From a virus, in the IMG/VR virus record IMGVR_UViG_3300020048_000024, positions 95,890 through 159,889 of that record: a stretch of DNA of 64,000 nucleotides. One strand, 5' to 3'. Shown here piece after piece: positions 46,108 through 54,837 of the stretch. Under the pieces are notes generated by a model that saw nothing but the letters and a program-made list of their open reading frames with translations, was not told where the DNA came from and made no database searches. The translations under genes and the position numbers were made by a program. Position 1 is the first letter of the stretch. Every line of letters starts with the position of its first letter.

Positions 46108-47556
46108 ATGAGATTAAAGGAATTCACGACAGAAAGTTTACAAACCGTTCATGAAGTGGCGATGAATCCTACTGCCTTTGCTCAATCAATGGAGCAGGGC
46201 GAATCTGAAGGCGTTAAGATTGGATTTGAATTTGAGATATGTATTCCTTATTCTTTTTGGTCAACTCAAAATGGTAATGATGAATTCATTAATAATGATG
46301 AAGACAATGACTACGAAGATGACGATGGAACTGATTTTGAATATGATGACAACGATGACAGTGATTACGAGTACTACGATAGAAAGTACGATGCGGCAAG
46401 TAATAAATTAAAATCTGTACTTAAAAGCAAAATGGGCTCTAAAGTCGTAGTATTCAATGAATATCATCAATATACAAAATCACTAGATCGTTGGTATATT
46501 GAACCAGATGGAAGTTTATCTCCTAATGAGCGTGAAGATGCTGCTCTTGAAGTAGTAGGCCCACCTGAACCTCCTAGCAAAGCACTAGACTCACTTAAAA
46601 AGTTTTTTGGAATTGCTGAACAATATAAATTTTATAGTAATAATTCAACCGGTCTACATATCAATGTCAGTTTACCCAAAGACCTGGATGTGTTAAAATT
46701 GGCTGTATTCACCGGCGATCAATATATACTTAAAAAATTCGGTCGTGAAAACAATGGCTATGCTAGTGGTGTTATGAAAAGTCTGACTAGTTCTGATTTT
46801 TCTTCAGCAGTTACTAAACCGAATATGTCAACTGAAATTAAATTAGCGACAGTACAAAAAATTGCTAGAGATATTAGTAGAAGTCATACTGCTAGTATTA
46901 GCTTTAATGGAAACTATGTAAGTTTTAGACACACAGGTGGCGACTATTTAAAAGATCATCAAGATATTGTTAATGTAGTAGGACGTTTTGTACGAGCAAT
47001 GGTCATTGCTTGTGATCCCACAGCATATCGTAATGAGTATCTAGCTGCTGTAGCTAAACTAGTGGCCCCAGCTATGGATAGTACTTCGCTTGAAGCAACA
47101 ATTGAAAAAATAAAAAAAGAAGGTTTGCCATCTGCTAGTATTTGTTTATATTCAAAAGATCATACTCCTACAATAGATGACTTAAATAAAACAACAACAC
47201 CTAGAACTAGAGTTAATTTATTTGTCAGTGAGCTATGTGATATACAATTAGTTAAATCTGGTGATTATGCCAAAACTAAATTAATTGCAAATTCAAGACC
47301 AAATGGTAGTGCTAGCAATGCAATGAGTACGGCTGAGCCTGATAAATTTTCTACTTTTATGGCAATACCAACTAAACTTCAGTCTATCTTATCGATCAAT
47401 CAATATCGTGGTAAGAAAGTTTTAATCTGGGCAGATAATGGAAATCAAGGATTTTATTATGTAAGAGTAGTTAATCTTCCACCTACTGATCCCAGTGTGC
47501 AAGCGGTATTAGTAAAATTACGTAGAGAAGCAATTAGACAAAGAACTGGACAATAA
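46108..47556 (+). CDS. putative amidoligase, paralog 5 (insert reduced to acidic linker)
   Basis: same motif set; D/E/Y-rich insert of about 45 aa. Confidence 0.8.
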   Translation: MRLKEFTTESLQTVHEVAMNPTAFAQSMEQGESEGVKIGFEFEICIPYSFWSTQNGNDEFINNDEDNDYEDDDGTDFEYDDNDDSDYEYYDRKYDAASNKLKSVLKSKMGSKVVVFNEYHQYTKSLDRWYIEPDGSLSPNEREDAALEVVGPPEPPSKALDSLKKFFGIAEQYKFYSNNSTGLHINVSLPKDLDVLKLAVFTGDQYILKKFGRENNGYASGVMKSLTSSDFSSAVTKPNMSTEIKLATVQKIARDISRSHTASISFNGNYVSFRHTGGDYLKDHQDIVNVVGRFVRAMVIACDPTAYRNEYLAAVAKLVAPAMDSTSLEATIEKIKKEGLPSASICLYSKDHTPTIDDLNKTTTPRTRVNLFVSELCDIQLVKSGDYAKTKLIANSRPNGSASNAMSTAEPDKFSTFMAIPTKLQSILSINQYRGKKVLIWADNGNQGFYYVRVVNLPPTDPSVQAVLVKLRREAIRQRTGQ

Positions 47557-47574
47557 TCAATTTGTCCAAAATGT

Positions 47575-47603
47575 TTGACTCTATACTACTACTGTAGTAT
47601 TAT
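47575..47603 (+). promoter_or_regulatory. sigma70-type promoter
   Basis: TTGACT-17-TATTAT. Confidence 0.55.
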
Positions 47604-47609
47604 AACAAC

Positions 47610-47792
47610 ATGACTAAAAATTCTGACAACTCAACATATGAAGTAATTACACAGATTGATCCTGAAACTGGAGACACTGTAATTCCATTACCTCCAGAAC
47701 TGTTACAAAGAATGGGATGGAAAGAAGGTGACGAATTAGATTTCAACTATGACAAAGAAGGAAGACTAGTAGTTACTAAGCGTGGTGGATAA
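47610..47792 (+). CDS. AbrB/MazE/SpoVT-like DNA-binding protein
   Basis: GD.VIPLP.ELL..MGWKEGDEL.F......LVV. Confidence 0.8.
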   Translation: MTKNSDNSTYEVITQIDPETGDTVIPLPPELLQRMGWKEGDELDFNYDKEGRLVVTKRGG

Positions 47793-48166
47793 TGAATACA
47801 ATAAATTCTAATACACTTACCATAGGAGCAGGTCTTGGTGGAAGTTCTGGGCAATCTCTTATCGCTTCAACCATTGGCCCGACATGGTCTAGTTCCACTA
47901 TGTCTGATCCCGGACTTTTTGTCAAAGGAAACGCTGAGATCACGGGCACATTAACAGTTGGTGGGCAAGAAATCACCAAAACAATTACCAAAACAATCGA
48001 CGAACGATTATCTGCCATTGAAGAACGACTGTGTATTCTTAGAATCGATGAAAAATTGGCCGACCGTTGGGAAGAATTGGGTAAATTACGTAAACAGTAT
48101 CGTGAATTGGAACAAGAATGCTGGGAAAAGGACGAAATAGTCCGAATTCTCAAAGGTATACCTTGA
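47792..48166 (+). CDS. hypothetical protein
   Basis: ERL..IEERL.IL...LE..WEEL coiled-coil. Confidence 0.75.
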   Translation: MNTINSNTLTIGAGLGGSSGQSLIASTIGPTWSSSTMSDPGLFVKGNAEITGTLTVGGQEITKTITKTIDERLSAIEERLCILRIDEKLADRWEELGKLRKQYRELEQECWEKDEIVRILKGIP

Positions 48167-48191
48167 CAAATAATACAGACTGTGCTACAAT
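48163..48191 (+). promoter_or_regulatory. sigma70-type promoter
   Basis: TTGACA-17-TACAAT. Confidence 0.7.
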
Positions 48192-48209
48192 GTACTATAA
48201 TCTACTATT

Positions 48210-48602
48210 ATGGTATATACTATGACAATGCACTTGACACACTTCACTACTACTGGCAAACGTAAAGGTAAGTTTAAGTACGCTTCGGCAGAAGCCAAGC
48301 GTGTGGCAGAACAGCTAGAGCAAGACTGGAAAGCACTAAAGATATCTTATAGTGCTCCATCTGTCAAAAAGCCCATCAAAAATGCCAGAACACTTGGAAA
48401 AAGTTTACCCACTATTCCACAACGTGGCACATTATTGTCGGCACCATCGCTCAATTCTGGAGTTGGAACTGCCGTAAAAGCAGATATTCCGATATATACT
48501 GGCAACAAAATGATTGGTATTGGTGTCTTACACAAGTCTAATGCTGTACCTGTTTTTTCAGATGAAGAAGCGGTAGAAATTTCTAAAATGCGTAGAGGCT
48601 AA
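48210..48602 (+). CDS. conserved hypothetical protein of T4-like phages
   Basis: YTG..MIGIG.LHKSNAVPV...MRR. Confidence 0.8.
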   Translation: MVYTMTMHLTHFTTTGKRKGKFKYASAEAKRVAEQLEQDWKALKISYSAPSVKKPIKNARTLGKSLPTIPQRGTLLSAPSLNSGVGTAVKADIPIYTGNKMIGIGVLHKSNAVPVFSDEEAVEISKMRRG

Positions 48603-48617
48603 CGATAAATAAACTAT

Positions 48618-48833
48618 ATGGCCAAAGAAGAAGCAATTAAAATAGACGGCACGGTAACAGAACTGTTACCAAATGCTATGTTCAGAGTACAACTACCAAA
48701 CGAAAAACTTATAATAGGTATTATCTCTGGAAAAATGCGTCAGCATGGGATTAAAATACTAATGGGCGACATTGTAGAAGTAGAATTTTCTCCCTATGAT
48801 CTAACTCGCGGAAGAATAACTCGTCGCAGATAA
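48618..48833 (+). CDS. infA: translation initiation factor IF-1
   Basis: MAKEE.I...[12 protein letters not shown]....ISGKMR...[18 protein letters not shown]. Confidence 0.96.
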   Translation: MAKEEAIKIDGTVTELLPNAMFRVQLPNEKLIIGIISGKMRQHGIKILMGDIVEVEFSPYDLTRGRITRRR

Positions 48834-48841
48834 ATACTATC

Positions 48842-49666
48842 ATGCGAATTCAAGAGTTACTTACCGAATCTACTTATCATAAACTACCTGCTATAAAGAC
48901 AGTATTTGAGGCTGATTGGGATAATGAACCAATCAAGCATTACACTGACGATGAGCAACGCGAGATACATAGAAGTGAGGAACTCCCATATACTAGTGTA
49001 GATAGTAGTATTAACAAATATACTACAAATCAAGGTAAGCATTGGAATAATTTCTTACATCGTCACTATCGTGGTCGCTCTACAAACACAGATCACAGTA
49101 GATACGCCAATCATGTAATATCAACTGATGCGGCTTTGACTAAAAATACTCTTAAAAAAGACTATGTGCTATACACTGGACTAAATGAAAGTCCAGTATT
49201 GGCATTTGAATTATACAATCAGCCAACTGATAAACCATTGACTGTTCATTTACCTGCGTATACTAGTACTACAACTTCGTGGAGAGTGGCGGTTAGATTT
49301 GCACACAATTATCTTAGTAGTAAAGAGACCGATGCTCATTATGGCGGCAAACCTGTAGAAAAATATGATCGTACTCGTCATGAATTATTAGATATTAATG
49401 GAGAAAAAATAAAAGAACTCCCTGATAATCCTAATAAACGATCAATTGACATATTACGAATTTTTGTACCAGCCGGAACCACTGGCGGAAGCGTAAGAGA
49501 TATGTCATATAATTCAGAAGAATTTGAAGTACTACTACCGCGAGGGCTGAATGTAATAATCAGTCCAAAACCTCATGTAATGTATCAATTCGGAGCAGAC
49601 ATATATGTTTGGAATGCAAAAGTCGTGGGTCACGATCCGCAACCAGTTGAACTTATCAAAGCATAG
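48842..49666 (+). CDS. ADP-ribosyltransferase (R-S-E / VIP2 / Alt-like)
   Basis: INKYT..WN.FL, LYTGL (Arg position is Thr), YTSTT, EFEVLLPRG; leader MRIQELLTE. Confidence 0.8.
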   Translation: MRIQELLTESTYHKLPAIKTVFEADWDNEPIKHYTDDEQREIHRSEELPYTSVDSSINKYTTNQGKHWNNFLHRHYRGRSTNTDHSRYANHVISTDAALTKNTLKKDYVLYTGLNESPVLAFELYNQPTDKPLTVHLPAYTSTTTSWRVAVRFAHNYLSSKETDAHYGGKPVEKYDRTRHELLDINGEKIKELPDNPNKRSIDILRIFVPAGTTGGSVRDMSYNSEEFEVLLPRGLNVIISPKPHVMYQFGADIYVWNAKVVGHDPQPVELIKA

Positions 49667-49678
49667 ATAAATACTATC

Positions 49679-50143
49679 ATGCAAATTCGAGAAATCATAA
49701 CAGAGGTTTTTAATAGTCAGCCCTATCCATTAAAAGTGGAACCTGATCCCAGTCGTTATGAACAGCATCTTAGTGCAGTTACCGACGACGGAAGACCAAT
49801 TGACATATTCTTAAACTATCATTGGCCAGCCGACAAAAAATCAAGATATATAGGAGTGGTATTTGAGGTAGACAAATCACATCAAATCACTGGAAAAGGC
49901 GATGCTCTTAGAATTTTAAACACTGTACTGTACGCTGTCACTGCAGAAGCCAATGAATTAGAACCTGCTTATATTGCTTTAGCGGCAGATTCGCTACACT
50001 ACGACAGTTATCGTGCATTGGCTAGAAGATTTGGAGGTCAATATAAATTACTTCCAACGAATAAAATTCCAGACATGTTTTTACAACATCTAAGACCTGA
50101 TCAAGATGCAAGTTCATTGTTTATACTAAAAAGAGATAATTAA
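49679..50143 (+). CDS. hypothetical protein with capsid-targeting-like leader
   Basis: MQIREIITE; ITGKGDA.RI..TV motif; late promoter. Confidence 0.75.
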   Translation: MQIREIITEVFNSQPYPLKVEPDPSRYEQHLSAVTDDGRPIDIFLNYHWPADKKSRYIGVVFEVDKSHQITGKGDALRILNTVLYAVTAEANELEPAYIALAADSLHYDSYRALARRFGGQYKLLPTNKIPDMFLQHLRPDQDASSLFILKRDN

Positions 50144-50200
50144 TAAATCATCAAAAAAAACAAAGCTAATATTGATAAATAATAGACAGAGGATAAAACA

Positions 50201-52345
50201 ATGTCTATACCAGGTCAAATACCAATTAACATAGGTGCGCCAAACAATCCAGCAAATTCGGATAGTTTATATACGGCGTTCAACACTATACAAGATAACT
50301 TTACTCAGCTTTTTAGTGTAAGTAGCCCAATTACCTCATTATCAGCCGGAAATGGTATTACTGTTAGTAATACTACCTCATCATCATATTTGGTAACTAA
50401 CTCTGGTGTAATAAGTTTGACTGCTGGTAATAATATTATTATTACTGCTGTAGGTGGCTCTCCAAGTAGCAACGGAGCACTAGTCATTAGTAGCACTAGT
50501 ACCGCTAACGGTTCTGGAACCGTTAGTAGCATAGGAGTAACTTCTAATTCTATCACTGTGAGTAATAGTCCAATTACCACTAGCGGAAATATAGTATTAG
50601 AATTAGTAACTATTCCCGATGTAGACGGAAGCTATCAAAATGCAAACATAACCGTTGATCAATTCGGTAGAATAATTTCTGCAGTTAGCGGAGTGTCCAG
50701 CGGCACTGTAACTAGCATATCAGCAATTGCCGGAAATGGAATTTCTGTAAGTGGTAGCCCAATAACAACTAGCGGAACATTAACTATTAACAATACAGGG
50801 GTAACCAGTATTGTTGCTGGTTCTGGAATATCAATTAGTCAAGCAACTGGAGCAGTAACTATCACTAATACCGGAGGAGGTAGTGGGGGTGGAACTGTTA
50901 CTAGAGTCGGAGTTATTAGTAATAGTTTAAGTGTTAGCGGTAGCCCAATAGTAAGTAGTGGGAACATTACAGTTGAATTACCGGCAAACGTAGTACTTAA
51001 TACATTAACTGCAAATAGTATCATTGGAAATCAAGTACAAATAAATGCTGCTAACAGTAATGTTGGAATTCAATTAACCACATCAACTAATAATGCTACT
51101 CAAACTGGAATAGTTATTAGAAAGTCTAGAGGAACAATATCAGCTCCATCTGCTATTATATCCACTGGAGATTCATTACTAACAGTACAGTCACAGGGAT
51201 ATACTTCATACGGAGTATATCAATCTGCTGGATCAATGTACGTTGTATCCAACGGAACGGCTACAACTAGTAGTTCATATATTCCCAGTGATGTGATTAT
51301 TAGCTCTACTAGTTCCACGTATCAACATTCAATGAGTCTTCTTGCAACTGGTACTCTACTTATTCCCGGAAGATTGGCACAAACATTGTTCGGTAATATA
51401 TATAATGCCAGCTCTACCTCAACTGGTCGAGCAAGAGGATCTAACTCAACTACTATAGGCAATATACAAGTGGGTGATTATATATCAAGAGTGACTTCTT
51501 TTGGATATACAACAAATGGAACTACTTCTTTTGGAAATATTCCCGGATTTAGTTACTCTGGAGAAACTGGATTTATAGCAGTTGCTATTCCTACTGGCAC
51601 TCAACCAATTCCTAGCGATTTTGTTGTTAAGACTACATCTACGACTTATGCTACTAATACACTGACATTTAGTAATACGGGTAATTTAACCGTATCTGGA
51701 AATATTTTTGCTACAAATAGCAATGTCACTATTTCAAATGCAGCTAGCTTTACAGGAACTACAGTCTCGGTGACTGGCAATATAACTGGTGATAACAGTA
51801 ATGTCACTATTTCAAATGCAGCTAGTTTCACTGGTAACATTATATCTGTCGTGGGTAATATAACTGGTGGTAACAGCAATGTAACTATATCAACTGCAAC
51901 TAGCTTTACTGGTAACATAGTTTCGATAACTGGTAACATAACTGCTGGAAACAGTAATGTTACTATTTCAAGTGCAACTAGTTTCACTGGTAACATTATA
52001 TCTGTCGTGGGCAACATAACTGCTGGTAACAGCAATGTCACTATTTCAAACGCAGCTAGCTTTACAGGAACTATTATTTCCGTAATCGGTAATATTACTG
52101 GCGGAAATGCTAATCTAGGTAATATAGCAACTGCTAATTATTTTGCCGGAACATTAACTACTAATGCTCAACCTAATGTTACTAGCGTTGGAACATTAAC
52201 GTCATTGAACGTAACTGGAAATGCTAATGTCGGTGGACTTGAATTCAATACCGCAAATGCTACTCCAAATACCACAGCGACTATTAGTCATACTATTCCT
52301 ATTGTAGTCAATGGAATCGCGTATAAGATTATGTTAACCTCATAG
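50201..52345 (+). CDS. tail-fiber / baseplate-associated structural protein
   Basis: N-terminal INIG..NN...D.L..AF..I..NF..LF; G/S/T/N-rich; VDQFGRI; beta repeats. Confidence 0.8.
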   Translation: MSIPGQIPINIGAPNNPANSDSLYTAFNTIQDNFTQLFSVSSPITSLSAGNGITVSNTTSSSYLVTNSGVISLTAGNNIIITAVGGSPSSNGALVISSTSTANGSGTVSSIGVTSNSITVSNSPITTSGNIVLELVTIPDVDGSYQNANITVDQFGRIISAVSGVSSGTVTSISAIAGNGISVSGSPITTSGTLTINNTGVTSIVAGSGISISQATGAVTITNTGGGSGGGTVTRVGVISNSLSVSGSPIVSSGNITVELPANVVLNTLTANSIIGNQVQINAANSNVGIQLTTSTNNATQTGIVIRKSRGTISAPSAIISTGDSLLTVQSQGYTSYGVYQSAGSMYVVSNGTATTSSSYIPSDVIISSTSSTYQHSMSLLATGTLLIPGRLAQTLFGNIYNASSTSTGRARGSNSTTIGNIQVGDYISRVTSFGYTTNGTTSFGNIPGFSYSGETGFIAVAIPTGTQPIPSDFVVKTTSTTYATNTLTFSNTGNLTVSGNIFATNSNVTISNAASFTGTTVSVTGNITGDNSNVTISNAASFTGNIISVVGNITGGNSNVTISTATSFTGNIVSITGNITAGNSNVTISSATSFTGNIISVVGNITAGNSNVTISNAASFTGTIISVIGNITGGNANLGNIATANYFAGTLTTNAQPNVTSVGTLTSLNVTGNANVGGLEFNTANATPNTTATISHTIPIVVNGIAYKIMLTS
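51719..52105 (+). repeat. five 78-bp (26-aa) tandem repeats in fiber gene
   Basis: SNVTIS.A.SFTG...SV.GNIT.GN x5. Confidence 0.85.
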
Positions 52346-52346
52346 T

Positions 52347-52377
52347 AAAAAAGCCATCATATGATGGCTTTGTTTTT
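52347..52377. terminator. bidirectional terminator at strand switch
   Basis: AAAAAAGCCATCATATGATGGCTTTGTTTTT. Confidence 0.8.
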
Positions 52378-54334
52378 ACTTCTGTTTGAGATGATTTGTT
52401 ATTTCAACTTCTTCGTATTCGGTTAATAGATCAGCATCATATTCACCTGAATCAACTTTTTGTATTAAGAATTGAATATAAGGGACATATTGAGCATATG
52501 TTCCGTTATTATTCTTGTCAATAATCATCCATTTAGTTCCATTAAACTTGAATACTGAATGAGGCATAGTATCTACTCTAATATACATATCTCCCACTCT
52601 TGCAAAATCAGGGAATTTAGCGCCAAACATAATACGATTAATTGGATCATTAGGGCTTAATAGTAATCCAGGTCGAAGTTGACGAAGAGCTTCTATGCTC
52701 ATAGATTTACCATCAAAGTTTACATATCCTTCAGAAGGATGATGTAGATTTGATTTTTCAGTCACGCCATCTGTTACAATCTCAGATTCAGAAATGACAA
52801 TATCATCTTTTGTTGTCGATTCGTCAATCAACTCAACTTTGCCAGATTCTTTCGGTAGTAATTCAATTGATATGTTTGTATCCGATCCTTCTGACGATAG
52901 TACTGGGCCGTCGTAATTTGCGGTTAATTCATCAACCATCACCGCTAACTCGTCTGCCCTCGCCATTTCTACACTGTGGGCTAAAAACAGTTTTTCGCGC
53001 TCATCTTCGATCTCTTCTAAAACTTTGTTTAATAGTTCGGTATCTTCACGAAGTTTATTATTTTCATCTACTAATTTATTTACCATTTCATGCTGAGTTT
53101 CATCGTAGGTTTTCTGTACGATATCAACTACTTTTTCTGGCTCAGATTCCTCAATTGGATCTTTTGGCTTAGGTAATCGTTGACGAATCCATTTCATGCT
53201 TTCAGCGGCGGCCAATAACATCATAACTGCCAATGGGTCAAATACAGCTACAATCAGCACGATTACCCAACGAACTGCACGTTCTAGCATATTCTTGTCA
53301 GAATTATCTCCATATATTAAGTCTGCAATATACTTGATCGGTCCAACTTCTACTTCTAATTTTCTATATTCAACTTCTAATGTATATTTCTTTTGTGTCA
53401 ATGTTTCTATTTCAGCATTAGCAGATTTAATTTTTTCTTGCTGTTCATTTACTAATGTTTCTACTGATGAAGTGTCGCCCTTACCCAGTTGATTACGTAG
53501 ACGATCAATAAGCTTATTACTTTCTGCTATCTGAGTTTCTACACCTTTTCTGATTCTAAGAATTTCATCTCTAGCAGACTTGATAGTTGAATTAGTATTG
53601 GCTTCTTCTAGCTTTAATACTGCTGCTGTTCGTTCACTAGTACGAGTATTTTTCCACGTAGTAACTGCTCTAGCAGTACCTGGACCCCAGTCTCCATCAG
53701 CTTTTATACCAACAAGTGACTGAACACGATCAACTTCCTTAGCATCTTGATACTGTTGTAATTGAGTTAATTGTTGATCTATCTTAGTTATTTGATCTTG
53801 ATAAATCTTAGTTTGAGCATCTACAATTCTCTGCTGATCATCAATGGCAGGTTGTACACGAGAATAAGCACTGTCTATTCGTTGTTGCTCTTGATTGATT
53901 TGACTTTGTACGTTAGCATCAGCTCCAGTTCCATTTGTTTCTAGTGTCTTGGCTTTAGCTTCTGCTGATTTTACAATGTCGGTTTGACGTTGTAGTTCTA
54001 CAGTGATTCGTTGTATTTGAGCAGCATTTTCTTGTCCAGCACCTACTTGCTCAATGTGAGCTTTACTTAAATAGCCAAAGACTCCCATGCTAGTAAGAAA
54101 CATCAAGACAAGTACAGCAGATACAAGACAAATCTTCATTACTAATTTAGTTTGGTTCCAAAATTCATGTAACCAAGCAGTTATAGTTAACTTGGATGTT
54201 CCAAGTATTACACCCATAATGATAATAGAAATAGGTGCACCAGCAAAGATTGCTGCTAGTCCAGCAATAGAGTAGAATTCTGCAATAGCACTAAGACAAA
54301 GTGCCACGCCGAGCATGAGATAGGTTAAGAACAT
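52376..54334 (-). CDS. membrane-anchored coiled-coil protein with peptidoglycan-binding motif
   Basis: three N-terminal TM helices; TSMG.FG.LSKAH; VQSLVGIKADGDWGPGT; EVGPIKYIA; FDPLA. Confidence 0.8.
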   Translation of the reverse strand: MFLTYLMLGVALCLSAIAEFYSIAGLAAIFAGAPISIIIMGVILGTSKLTITAWLHEFWNQTKLVMKICLVSAVLVLMFLTSMGVFGYLSKAHIEQVGAGQENAAQIQRITVELQRQTDIVKSAEAKAKTLETNGTGADANVQSQINQEQQRIDSAYSRVQPAIDDQQRIVDAQTKIYQDQITKIDQQLTQLQQYQDAKEVDRVQSLVGIKADGDWGPGTARAVTTWKNTRTSERTAAVLKLEEANTNSTIKSARDEILRIRKGVETQIAESNKLIDRLRNQLGKGDTSSVETLVNEQQEKIKSANAEIETLTQKKYTLEVEYRKLEVEVGPIKYIADLIYGDNSDKNMLERAVRWVIVLIVAVFDPLAVMMLLAAAESMKWIRQRLPKPKDPIEESEPEKVVDIVQKTYDETQHEMVNKLVDENNKLREDTELLNKVLEEIEDEREKLFLAHSVEMARADELAVMVDELTANYDGPVLSSEGSDTNISIELLPKESGKVELIDESTTKDDIVISESEIVTDGVTEKSNLHHPSEGYVNFDGKSMSIEALRQLRPGLLLSPNDPINRIMFGAKFPDFARVGDMYIRVDTMPHSVFKFNGTKWMIIDKNNNGTYAQYVPYIQFLIQKVDSGEYDADLLTEYEEVEITNHLKQK

Positions 54335-54352
54335 TGTATAATATTTATCACT

Positions 54353-54580
54353 TTATGATCTAGTTTCTGGGAAGAACAAATGTCGAAAGAAAGAGATAAA
54401 CTCTTTTTCTGACATTAACATACGTTTTGGTATAGAATCAACTGCAAATTTAACTTCGTAAGTAACCCACCAACCAACCTCATCGTTGTCGCGAAGTTTC
54501 ACGTCGATGATGGTGATAGATCGATTATCTTCGAAAGTAAAAGATTTGCCAATATAAGGATGAACAGATGATTCCATCAT
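54353..54580 (-). CDS. hypothetical protein
   Basis: operon-packed ORF. Confidence 0.7.
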   Translation of the reverse strand: MMESSVHPYIGKSFTFEDNRSITIIDVKLRDNDEVGWWVTYEVKFAVDSIPKRMLMSEKEFISFFRHLFFPETRS

Positions 54581-54837
54581 GAATAAGCATCATTGGGCCA
54601 AGATGTTTCATGAGTAGATATAGGTTTATCAAACAATGGATCTTTATGTGAGATCATTGACTCAAATTTTTCAAACAAATCTTCGAATTTCATTTGATAT
54701 AATGTTTCTAATCCAATCAGCGCATTAGCTAATTGGTCTGGTGTTAATGAATCTGCTCTATTAGAAATAGTTTTGATATCATCAACTACGTGCCAGCAAT
54801 TCATGATTGCTTGTTCTAGTTCAAATCTGTCTGTCAT
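54577..54837 (-). CDS. hypothetical phage protein
   Basis: DRFELEQ.IM.CW.V.DD motif. Confidence 0.8.
   Translation of the reverse strand: MTDRFELEQAIMNCWHVVDDIKTISNRADSLTPDQLANALIGLETLYQMKFEDLFEKFESMISHKDPLFDKPISTHETSWPNDAYS

Noticed and set aside
38009-47556. Diversity-generating retroelement as the source of paralog variation
   Set aside because: No reverse transcriptase and no template/variable repeat pair with adenine-specific mismatches seen in the window.
47610-48166. AbrB/MazE gene plus downstream ORF as a MazEF toxin-antitoxin pair
   Set aside because: The downstream protein has no MazF or PIN features; it looks like a low-complexity plus coiled-coil phage protein.
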